A stretch of 64,000 nt of DNA from positions 830-64,829 of the forward strand of contig CADEGN010000004.1 of NCBI GenBank assembly GCA_902826865.1, read 5' to 3'. Shown here one piece after another: positions 18,601 to 25,517 of this stretch. The DNA comes from an uncultured Myxococcales bacterium (lineage in GTDB: Bacteria > Myxococcota_A > Polyangia > Nannocystales > Nannocystaceae). The position numbers were made by a program, and so were the translations under genes. The notes below the pieces were generated by a model, which was not told the origin of the DNA, did no database searches, and saw nothing but the letters and a program-made list of their open reading frames with translations. Within the stretch, counting starts at the first letter, position 1, and each line of letters opens with the position of its first letter.

Positions 18601-18766
18601 TTGGATCAAGCGCGCCAGTGACGACGAGGCGGGGCTCGATCGCGTCGGTTTGGCGGCCGTGCTCGTTGCAGCCTCCGTGTTGGCGCAAGCGCGCGTGGAG
18701 GGGCCGGCGCTCCCGCTCGCGCTGCTCCGGATTCTCGCCGCGCTACACGTCGCGCCCCGCAGCTAG
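15641..18766 (+). CDS. Large (1042 aa) protein of unknown function, translationally coupled to the GHKL ATPase
   Basis: The ATG at 15641 (or GTG at 15638) overlaps the ATPase stop. Coding-type GC3 runs throughout. I can recognise no catalytic or binding motif. There is a hydrophobic segment near the C-terminus (GLAAVLVAASVLAQA). Confidence 0.65.
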   Translation: MDDRVAGVVAARRLSRGRADTRRFTIERVEARLRLRDRPGSDAHEWSLVLVRGLLALADAATVTLIAQPAEAGGGLVLEIGIDPSVLVGLKLADLLDAAINPDPGPGSGSLGHRQERFVRLIGRALNEALAADPDAITIVIPDAGRRVERVPGSSADDPYAERPYAGHGRAGQIRIEIKGRASKALFGSGWRPDRVARQLVQRWRERVPGLVDRGSNAVDLRAVPPGQFVRLGAIARWWPRSESGPLLLMRDGVLVPGVMERAVAERVPVGRMAGVVEAPFVHLVVDETAIVRDSALDELIAWLLDAQAHAIRSGDGDDHTTAITAVEFPTTLAAVETAAGVAVPLETLQQTTKPGPEFYYAWRPDAAAVPSALRTTTLILWPSERELLERAMPDLQLVPLQVLQMARGGWSDLTAIEQGSLPALPLGAANWNASDREIAIDLSVLVHRHPVGQRGAAILLGFERRLAEGDPSEVIPGITLVGRVDRLFAETAARAVTHPEYRASAIATMVAKARAQMSEIVAYALRHDQDDGGLRVPVVRAAVASCSAATLGLRYVVSTAGVRLAWEDSPLTQLVVAQTRDGVKRTLGAALVRARDVGGIVIGDPTHRWHVLEQDEEVWLPTAVGRDLLARVLPAAALWTMPCVPASQIHVAPAAEQRRLLLDREEVARSLLRVASDPRARSLLLGHLLVARALGESTQGLADIALLSIFDPRAVTAQRLWSSTMRANDRRRFALAPWSTATRDLTGCVVEASPGEAALLHEVMGLGVDVEEGGEPLTSPTNAAASPVGVRTPSPLLSLPIADALAVGAIHLFAEEDRPAIELWAAGLRVGEMSLPSPLAAIGGRLWLSDAGVRAGHAGIENMLLTHGRVFVRTALASVALTPPGTARRRTLRRFIDHVRAAVAAGGDRFRLAPIVAERRAPAVLGNDHAKAVRLPQLRRLWLSTLLRHALGRPHKIDSAWLSWTAAQLRDPSAPIWEIELGSRHRWIKRASDDEAGLDRVGLAAVLVAASVLAQARVEGPALPLALLRILAALHVAPRS

Positions 18767-18855
18767 ATCGGAGCGTTTTGGGGAGTGAGTGCTCGCCGTG
18801 GCCCGTCTGGCGCGGACCGTAGCCGTGGTGCGGGCAGGAACCGGTGGGCTAGCGA

Positions 18856-19080
18856 TTACAGCACGACGGCGCCGGGGCGATGGATCGAGACGTCGGCAGC
18901 GTGCAGCAAGTACTTGTGAGGATCGAGGCCACGCAGCTTGGCCGTCTCGAGGGTCCGGGAAACTCCGTCCGCGCCCGATTCCACAGGTTTGGGGTCCGCG
19001 TAGGATCCAAGAAACGGACACGTTCCCCGCCTGCCTCGGTGCGGGAGCGGACGGCAGGACCCTGCCGATCGCGAGTCGCC
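18856..19080 (-). mobile_element. Remnant of the C-terminus of an IS66-family transposase
   Basis: Minus-strand translation gives ..CRPLPHRGRRGTCPFLGSYADPKPVESGADGVSRTLETAKLRGLDPHKYLLHAADVSIHRPGAVVL*. This parallels the IS66 TnpC tail (..ALRPIALGRKNWLFAGS..GG..A..YSLI.TAKLNGLDP..YL..VL.RI..HP..). There is no start and no upstream transposase body. Confidence 0.45.
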
Positions 19081-19117
19081 CGCGAAGACGGCCGAGCCCT
19101 GCCGCTGACCGCCGCGA

Positions 19118-20182
19118 CTACCGCGGCAGCCGCGTGGCGACCCACAGGGTGGAGCTGCCGGAGGACGCGTCGCCTTCGAAGCGGGTCAGGTACAGCTGGC
19201 ACAGGTCTTCAGAGATCCAGTCGGGGGCTTCGGCGAGATCCGTCGACAGCTCGTCGACGCGCCGGATCCCCGCGAAGGCACCGCGCGGCGTATCGCGAGA
19301 CGCCGTGTAGATGTCCTGCCCGGCGCCGCCGAGGTCGGTGCGCTCCGACGCCCACCAAAGCTGCAGCCCGTCGGCCGACAGCACCGGGTTGGAGTCGTCC
19401 GACGGCGAATTGATCTCGGTCAACGGCGACAGGAGCCCGGTCCAACCGGGGATCGATCCCTGACTGAGCTGCTCGTCGTCGAGCTCGTCGGGGAGCGCCG
19501 GGTCGCGCCGGTGCCAGTACAGCGTCTGCCCGTCGGCCGACAGGTGCGGCGAGAACACCGCGCCGGAGGGGAACAGGTCCTGTGGGGCCGTCCACGGATC
19601 GTCTGCCGAGGTGCGCGTCGCGATCGCGGTGTAGCTGGCCAGGTCGTAGTAGTGGATCGCGAGGGTCGAGCCGTCGGCGCTCAGCGCCACGTCGAAGCCG
19701 TTGGGCAGCCCGCCATAGCCGTCGCCGAATACGACCGTCGGATTGGCGAATGCGTCAGCGGGGCTCGCGCGCGTCGCCATCATGATCACGGCCCGAGCTC
19801 CGTCGCGTGCGGCGAAGTAGATCGTGCGACGGTCGGACGCCAGGGACGCGGTGCTCTCGAACTGGGATATCCCGAGCCCGGGGACGGGGACCGGGTCGTC
19901 GAACGTCGCGGCGGGGTCGCACGGCATCGCCGGCTCGCCGATGCCGGTGCCGCTGCCGGTCGTATCCGTCTCGTCGCCCGTCTCGTCACCCGTCTCGTCA
20001 CCCGTCTGGCCGCCCGACCCGCCCGGCCCGCCGGTCGAAGACCCCGCATCGTCGCTCGCCTCCGCGGACGGATTGCCCGTGCCGCTTGTCGCCGTTTCAG
20101 CCGCGTCGTCACCCTCGGCGTCGGCGCAGCCGACGAGCACGCAAAAGATCAGCACCCCCGACCCACCCGCCGTGTACGACAT
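19118..20182 (-). CDS. Lipoprotein with TolB-like (PD40/WD40-like) beta-propeller repeats
   Basis: Lipobox MSYTAGGSGVLIFCVLVGC, an acidic Gly/Ser/Thr linker with (GDET)x3, then PD40-like repeats (SDRRTIYFAA, LSADGSTLAI, LSADGQTLYW, LSADGLQLWWASER). Confidence 0.75.
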   Translation of the reverse strand: MSYTAGGSGVLIFCVLVGCADAEGDDAAETATSGTGNPSAEASDDAGSSTGGPGGSGGQTGDETGDETGDETDTTGSGTGIGEPAMPCDPAATFDDPVPVPGLGISQFESTASLASDRRTIYFAARDGARAVIMMATRASPADAFANPTVVFGDGYGGLPNGFDVALSADGSTLAIHYYDLASYTAIATRTSADDPWTAPQDLFPSGAVFSPHLSADGQTLYWHRRDPALPDELDDEQLSQGSIPGWTGLLSPLTEINSPSDDSNPVLSADGLQLWWASERTDLGGAGQDIYTASRDTPRGAFAGIRRVDELSTDLAEAPDWISEDLCQLYLTRFEGDASSGSSTLWVATRLPR

Positions 20183-20535
20183 CGGCGCGCTCTGACGCAG
20201 CTCGCGCGCGGATCTTCATCGCCCCGAGAGCTTGGGCAACTTCCCGGGCAAGATTGTCGGACGCAGGCAGTGATGATCGGCGAACACGCCGCAATGCCGA
20301 ACCCGGGGTTGGCCCGGCGGAGGCACGCGACCGACCAGACGTGCGAACGAGCGACGGAACACCGCGAGGTTGCGCAGCGCGTCGAGCGTGAACCAGCGCC
20401 CATCGGACGCCGGTGACCATCGCAGGAGCGAGCGGACGCGATCGCAACGAGTCCGGTAAACGCGGCGCGCGTGCGTGCTCGGCGATTCGTCAAGCGAATC
20501 GACTATCGCCCAATGGCGAGCGCTACGATCGCGAC

Positions 20536-21447
20536 GTGCGGGGATGGACGTGGCTCGGCGCTTTGGCGAGCGTGCTCGGATGCGAGTTCCAGCGTGGCCC
20601 CCAGTGACGGGACCTCGGGCGCCGGCGCAGCGTCCTCGGGTCAGGCCAGCGACGCGTCGCCGACCTCCGTCGATTCGAACACGGCAACGACGACACCTCA
20701 GCCCGACACGTCGGAGGACGCCGGCGATCCGACCGTGGTGACGGTCGGGTTCATCATGGAACCCGACGGCGGCAACGAGTCGATCGAGTGCGACGTCTGG
20801 AAGCAGGACTGCCCGCGGGGCGAGAAGTGCATGCCGTGGGTGAACGACGGTGGGAGCAGCTGGAACGCGACCCGATGTACGCCGCTCGCCGAGGACCCCG
20901 CGGCGGTCGGCCAGCCGTGCACCGTTGTGGACTCCGGCGTCAGTGGCATCGACGACCGTGAGTTGCGGGCGATGTGTTGGGACGTCGATCCCGAGACGAA
21001 CATGGGCGTCTGCGTCGGCATGTGCATCGGCGATGAGGGCAACGCGAGCTGTGCGGATCCGTGCTCGACGTGCCACATCTCGGCCAAAGGCGTTCTGCTC
21101 CTGTGCCTTCCCCCTTCGACCCGCGGCTCCAGGACTGCGGCGACGGTGATGGTTGCTACCCGACCCCCAACTCCTTCGGCTGTGCCCCCGATGGCGGCGG
21201 GGACATGGGTGGGCTCGGCGAGCCGTGCGAGTTCATCAACGTGTGCGACCCAGGCCTCTTCTGCGCCAACCCGGAGGTGGTCCCCGCGTGCAACGACGCC
21301 GGCTGCTGCGCTCCGTATTGCGACGTGTCGGCGACCGACGACTGCGACGCAGTCCTGCCCGGCATCGCGTGCGTGCCGTGGTACGAGGAGGGGCAGGAGC
21401 CGAACTCGTGCTTCCGCGGCGTCGGCGCGTGCGTGCTACCCGGATGA
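20536..21447 (+). pseudogene. Cys-rich secreted lipoprotein gene broken by two frameshifts
   Basis: The GTG at 20536 gives VRGWTWLGALASVLGC (lipobox), then a stop at 20605. The mature part continues in the +1 frame (SSSVAPSDGTSG...CDVWKQDCPRGEKCMPW...). It shifts again at a C5 run (21110-21114) into ...FDPRLQDCGDGDGCYPTPNSFGCAP...CCAPYCDV... Confidence 0.65.
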
Positions 21448-21519
21448 AGTCCGACCGAGCGCGAAGGCGCGCCTGATCCTCGTCGCCGGTATCGGCGAGA
21501 GATCAGCGCGTCGGTGGAC

Positions 21520-23001
21520 TCATGTGCCGCAGAACGTTCGGTAGCCCCACTGCTCGTCGCCAGGCGGGACAGCGAGGTCGGCCTCGGCGGGCTGGTCGTC
21601 GTACGGCCGGGCAAGAACGCGTCGCAACCGCTGCAGCGGGCCGAGATCCCCCGCCGTGGCCGCGGCGATCATCGCTTCGATCTGATGATTGCGCGGGATG
21701 AAAGCCGGGTTGACCGCACGCATCCGCGCAGCGGTTGCTTCGCCGCCGCCGGGCTGCCCGGCTCCGTCCTCCTCGGCGAGTCGAGCGCGCCAGCGCGGGA
21801 TCCACTCCCGCGCCGCGGAGCTGTCCGCGAATCCCGCCAGCCACGCCTCAGTCGACCCGCCCGCCGCCACCTCAGCGAGTCGACGGAAGGTCAAGGTGTA
21901 GTCCGCGCGGTTCGCCGCCATCGCTGCCAACAGCTCGGCGAGCAAGCCCTCGTCGCCAGGGCGCACCGCGGTGAAACCGAGCTTGCGCCGCATTACGACC
22001 ATGTATGCGTCGTCGAAACGCGAACCCCACGTTTCAATCCGTCGAGTGAGGATCTCGATCGCACGCGAGTCACCGTCTTCAACCAAGGGAATGAGCGTTT
22101 CGGCCAAGCGCGCGAGGTTCCACTGTGCGATGCGCGGCTGATTGGCAAACGCGTAGCGGCCGTGGTGGTCGATCGAACTGAACGAGCGCCGCGGATCGTA
22201 CGCGTCGAGAAATGCACAGGGGCCGTAGTCGATCGTCTCGCCGGAGATCGAGGTGTTGTCGGTGTTCATTACGCCGTGCACAAACCCGACGCCCAGCCAG
22301 CTTGCAACCAGCTCGGCTTGACGACCGACGACCGCGTCGAGCAGCGCAAGCGCGGCCCCCTCGGAGCGATCGACCGTGGGGTAGTGGCGTGCCAGTGCGT
22401 ATTCGACCAAACCGCGCAGCCCCTCAACGTCGGCGCGCGCCGCGAGAAATTGCAGCGTGCCAATCCGCAGATGGCTCGCCGCCACTCGCGTGAGCACCGC
22501 GCCGGGCAGCGGCTGATCGCGAAGTACCGACGCGCCAGTTGCAACGGCCGCGAGTGCGCGTGTGGTCGGCACACCCAACGCCACCATCGCTTCGCTCATC
22601 ACAAACTCGCGCAGCACCGGCCCGATGGCGGCGCGACCGTCTCCGCCGCGCGAAAATGGTGTTCGCCCAGGCCCTTTGAGTTGCACGTCGTATCGTCGGC
22701 CATCGCCGCCGACCACTTCCCCGAGGAGAATCGCCCGGCCGTCGCCGAGCTGCGGAACGAAGTTGCCGAACTGGTGTCCTGCGTATGCCAACGCGATCGG
22801 CTCGGACCCCGCAGGGATGCGATTGCCGGCGAGAATCTCGACAAGTTCCACCGCAGCGAGCTCGTCGGGTGCGAGTCCAAGCACCGCGGCGAGCTCCTCG
22901 TTGAACGCCAGGATCCTGGGCGATGGCACCGGCGTCGGATCGACACGTGCCCACAGCCGGTCGGGGAGCCGCGCGTACGTCGTGTCGAAGGCAAAAGGCA
23001 T
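21520..23001 (-). CDS. selO: Protein adenylyltransferase SelO (YdiU/UPF0061)
   Basis: 493 aa with ..YAGHQFGNFVPQLGDGRAILLGEV..YDVQLKGPGRTPFSRGGDGRA..REFVMSEAMVALGVPTTRALA..HLRIGT.., diagnostic of SelO. Confidence 0.9.
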   Translation of the reverse strand: MPFAFDTTYARLPDRLWARVDPTPVPSPRILAFNEELAAVLGLAPDELAAVELVEILAGNRIPAGSEPIALAYAGHQFGNFVPQLGDGRAILLGEVVGGDGRRYDVQLKGPGRTPFSRGGDGRAAIGPVLREFVMSEAMVALGVPTTRALAAVATGASVLRDQPLPGAVLTRVAASHLRIGTLQFLAARADVEGLRGLVEYALARHYPTVDRSEGAALALLDAVVGRQAELVASWLGVGFVHGVMNTDNTSISGETIDYGPCAFLDAYDPRRSFSSIDHHGRYAFANQPRIAQWNLARLAETLIPLVEDGDSRAIEILTRRIETWGSRFDDAYMVVMRRKLGFTAVRPGDEGLLAELLAAMAANRADYTLTFRRLAEVAAGGSTEAWLAGFADSSAAREWIPRWRARLAEEDGAGQPGGGEATAARMRAVNPAFIPRNHQIEAMIAAATAGDLGPLQRLRRVLARPYDDQPAEADLAVPPGDEQWGYRTFCGT

Positions 23002-23208
23002 GTGTCACGGCCCGCGGCGAGTATAGGAGCCAGGGGCGTTCTCGCCAAACCACGTCGAGCGTTCGCGCGTCACCCGCTGCAGAACGTCACCCGAGTCCCT
23101 TGCCGCTTGGCTCGCGAGCGGAACGACGTGGCGCGTGTCGTCGCGGCCGCGTTCGCCTCGACGAGAAGACAGATCGATCGGCTCGAACCTCCTTCGAGTA
23201 GGTGAGTG

Positions 23209-23380
23209 TTACGATCGCGACGTGCGGGGATGGACGTGGCTCGGCGGTTTGGCGGGGGTGCTCGGATGCGGTCCCAGCCTGGCCCCCAGTGACGGGACCA
23301 CGGGCGCCGGACCGTTCGCAAAGGCGCGCGGCGGGTCGCGATGGCATCGCCGGCTCGCCGGTGCCGGTGCCGGTCGTCGG
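23209..23380. pseudogene. Chimeric remnant: 5' end of a 20536-type lipoprotein gene fused to an antisense fragment of a 19118-type gene
   Basis: 23209-23310 is about 90% identical to 20523-20625 (upstream tacgatcgcgac plus the GTG signal peptide). 23311-23380 matches 19895-19964 (antisense of ..TTGSGTGIGEPAMPCDPAA..). Confidence 0.6.
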
Positions 23381-23501
23381 GTCCCTCAGGCGCAGCCCGG
23401 TCCGCGACAAGGTCCACGGCTCGCCGCCGATGAACACGGCGCTCTCGCTCGCGGTTAGGGGTTGTACCTGCGAACGGGGCCGCCGCTCGCACGCGCGCTG
23501 C

Positions 23502-23510
23502 TATTATACT
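23502..23510 (+). promoter_or_regulatory. Possible -10 element (tattatact) for a near-leaderless MNT transcript
   Basis: The only AT-rich patch in a GC-rich spacer. It ends 8 nt before the ATG at 23519. Confidence 0.3.
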
Positions 23511-23518
23511 GAAGCGAA

Positions 23519-23854
23519 ATGCTGACCGCCATGCCTGTGGCGCACCGACGTGCGCTTGCCGCGTTCGCGGAACGGCTGAGACAGCGGTATGGCCCGGCCC
23601 TGACTCAGCTGCGACTGTTCGGATCCTGGGCGCGCGGCGATGCCCGGTCAGATTCGGATCTCGACGTGGCGGTCGTGATCGACGGGCTCACGCGCGACAA
23701 CTGGCGTGAAGTGATCGACATCGCCGCCGATCTCGAAGTCGAGCACGGTGTTGTGCTCGGCCCCTACGTGATCTCCACCGCCCATTGGGCTGAGCTGCAA
23801 GCGCGCGGGCGCACGCTCGCCGCAGCAATCGCTAGCGAGGGAGTTGCGCTGTGA
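23519..23854 (+). CDS. Nucleotidyltransferase-domain protein (MNT-type antitoxin of HEPN/MNT modules)
   Basis: 111 aa with the minimal-NTase motif ..LRLFGSWARGDARSDSDLDVAVVIDG.. (GS-x9-DxD). Its stop overlaps a GTG (GTGA), as in HEPN/MNT operons. Confidence 0.8.
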   Translation: MLTAMPVAHRRALAAFAERLRQRYGPALTQLRLFGSWARGDARSDSDLDVAVVIDGLTRDNWREVIDIAADLEVEHGVVLGPYVISTAHWAELQARGRTLAAAIASEGVAL

Positions 23855-23999
23855 CGGAGCAAGACATTCGGGCGACTACGACACGTTCTTCTCGCTCGGC
23901 GTGACGGAGTTACGCGGGGATCTGGAGCGGGCCCGCGCATTCGTTGAAGATGCGCGACGCGTTCTCGCAGAAGGCGGTTGGCTTGCCGCGGTCGTGTGA
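23851..23999 (+). pseudogene. Gutted HEPN-toxin gene: overlapping start plus the last ~42 codons only
   Basis: GTG 23851 (VTEQDIRA..) terminates after 17 codons. The +2 frame from 23871 reads GDYDTFFSLGVTELRGDLERARAFVEDARRVLAEGGWLAAVV*, a HEPN-like C-terminal helix pair. No Rx4-6H motif remains. Confidence 0.5.
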
Positions 24000-24172
24000 C
24001 CGTTGAGCCATCGTGGCGGGGGTTTGAGATCGCCCAGGCACTCGATCCGAGTGCGGCGGCCTCCGCGGGGGGCGACGCATCGTTGGGGCGCCGTAGACGC
24101 GGATGAGTCATCGCACGAAGTCGCGACCTGTTTGGCGTGCGACCCGAGCGCGTCCCGAGGCCCAACCGAAGC

Positions 24173-25387
24173 ATGAAGGTGACGTCGTGGTCTCGTCGCT
24201 CGCGCGGGTGGGACGCCGTGCTTGTCGTCGCCGCCCATCTGGCAACCGGGTGCCTGCCGCCATTTCCGGGTTCGGGCGAGCTGACGGGGCCCTGCAACGA
24301 CGGCAAATGTCACGGCGAGGGCACGTGCTCATCGGGCGCTTGCATCGACTCGGAAACCGCCGGCGAGGCCAGCGATGACACGCCGGGGCCGAGCGGCGGC
24401 GACGGGGCGGATGGACCCGGATCGGTGAGTGACGGACCCGACGGCGGGACCGGATCGGTGAGTGACGGACCCGACGGCGGGATCGATGCCGGCGAAAGCG
24501 GAGGGCAGGGTGACACGCTCGGCTCGTGTGATCCTGCCGCTGACGCCTGTGACGGCAGCTCTGTCGATCTCGCAACCGCGTTCGGGATCAATTGTCCGGG
24601 CGGAGCACAGATGAACGTCACGCCCCAGGGCAGCCCGCTGGCCCTGGGCGTGCGCACAACCCTTGGTGAGACCGGCGAGTGGTCGCCGCGCGAGGGTAAC
24701 TATTTCGTCGTGCTCGGCAGCGGGCGTATCGCCGATCTCGACGCGCCCGCACCTCCGATGGACGATAGCGCGTCTCCGACCCACTGCAACGACGATCTCG
24801 GCGACTTCGACCCGGAGACAATGCTGCCCAGCCCGCTGCGGAACGCGGACGTGTCAGGTGACTGCGCGAGTGACCCCAGCTTGGTGGGGACCGGGGACTG
24901 TTCGAACACGCTCGCGTCGTCGCTCGGCCTAGAAGCCCACGTCTTTGACTACACCGAGCTCCGCGTCGCGGGCGTTGTGCCCGCCCAGGCGGCCGGATTC
25001 TCCTACGACTTTGCGTTCTTCTCGGCCGAGTATCCCTATTATGTCGATGGCCAATTTAGCGACATGTTCGTAGCGTGGCTCGAGTCGGAGAGCTGGACCG
25101 GGAACGTGTCGTTCGACGACGCGCATCAGCCTGTGTCTACGGCGATGGAGTTCTTCGAGCTCCGCGACGACGAGGGCACGTTGCCCGAGTTCGCCGGTAC
25201 GTGTATGCGTGGCCATGGCGGAACCCCGTGGCTCACGACAACCGCGGCCGTGGTGCCAGGTGAGGAGATTACGGTCGTTTTTGCGGTCTTCGATGTGAGC
25301 GATTCGATCGTCGACAGCTACGTCTTTCTGGATCACTTCCGCTGGAGTTGCGAGGCGGGTAGCCACCCGACGACCGTGCGCGGGTGA
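24173..25387 (+). CDS. Choice-of-anchor-L-domain lipoprotein
   Basis: The ATG at 24173 gives MKVTSW..VVAAHLATGC (lipobox). A Cys-rich and Gly/Asp linker follows. The C-terminal domain has FSYDFAFFSAEYPYYVDGQFSDMFVAWL...VVFAVFDVSDSIVDSYVFLD, typical of choice-of-anchor L. Confidence 0.7.
   Translation: MKVTSWSRRSRGWDAVLVVAAHLATGCLPPFPGSGELTGPCNDGKCHGEGTCSSGACIDSETAGEASDDTPGPSGGDGADGPGSVSDGPDGGTGSVSDGPDGGIDAGESGGQGDTLGSCDPAADACDGSSVDLATAFGINCPGGAQMNVTPQGSPLALGVRTTLGETGEWSPREGNYFVVLGSGRIADLDAPAPPMDDSASPTHCNDDLGDFDPETMLPSPLRNADVSGDCASDPSLVGTGDCSNTLASSLGLEAHVFDYTELRVAGVVPAQAAGFSYDFAFFSAEYPYYVDGQFSDMFVAWLESESWTGNVSFDDAHQPVSTAMEFFELRDDEGTLPEFAGTCMRGHGGTPWLTTTAAVVPGEEITVVFAVFDVSDSIVDSYVFLDHFRWSCEAGSHPTTVRG
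24419..24484 (+). repeat. 33-bp tandem duplication (GSVSDGPDGGx, two units) in the linker
   Basis: ggatcggtgagtgacggacccgacggcggga occurs twice in tandem. Confidence 0.7.
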
Positions 25388-25424
25388 TGCTTGCGTGTCG
25401 CATGAGTTATTCGGCCTCACCGCA

Positions 25425-25517
25425 CTAGCCAAACAGAGCGGTGTAGTCGAGGACGCAACGCCCGTCGAAGTCCTCGGCGTCGCGGAGCTTGGCGGCGGCA
25501 ACGAACTGCGACCTCAT
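25425..25517 (-). CDS. Possible 30-codon small ORF, ATGA-coupled to the FG-GAP gene stop
   Basis: Reads MRSQFVAAAKLRDAEDFDGRCVLDYTALFG*. 25 of 29 third positions are G/C. The ATG (25517-25515) overlaps the TGA (25516-25514). It is below the ORF-track length cutoff. Confidence 0.3.
   Translation of the reverse strand: MRSQFVAAAKLRDAEDFDGRCVLDYTALFG

Noticed and set aside
18767-19117. ORFs 18789..19310 (+), 18849..19202 (-) and 18880..19413 (+) as genes in the spacer
   Set aside because: Arg-rich shadow frames that overlap the 19118..20182 gene. The only coherent reading here is the IS66-like tail in another frame.
21514-23205. 563-aa + strand ORF opposite selO. The same pattern occurs at 25532..27148, 48135..49664, 49876..51567, 5280..6521, 14748..15674, 42668..43957, 44323..45462, 55877..57130 and 57076..58233.
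   Set aside because: All lie antisense to genes with clear family motifs. They have Arg/Gly/Pro/Asp-heavy composition typical of shadow frames and contain no recognisable domains.
23135-23458. 107-aa ORF as an intact small lipoprotein gene
   Set aside because: Only the first ~30 residues after the GTG at 23222 (signal peptide plus SDGTTGAG) are homologous to a real gene. The rest is antisense of another gene fragment and Arg-rich, so it is treated as a chimeric remnant.
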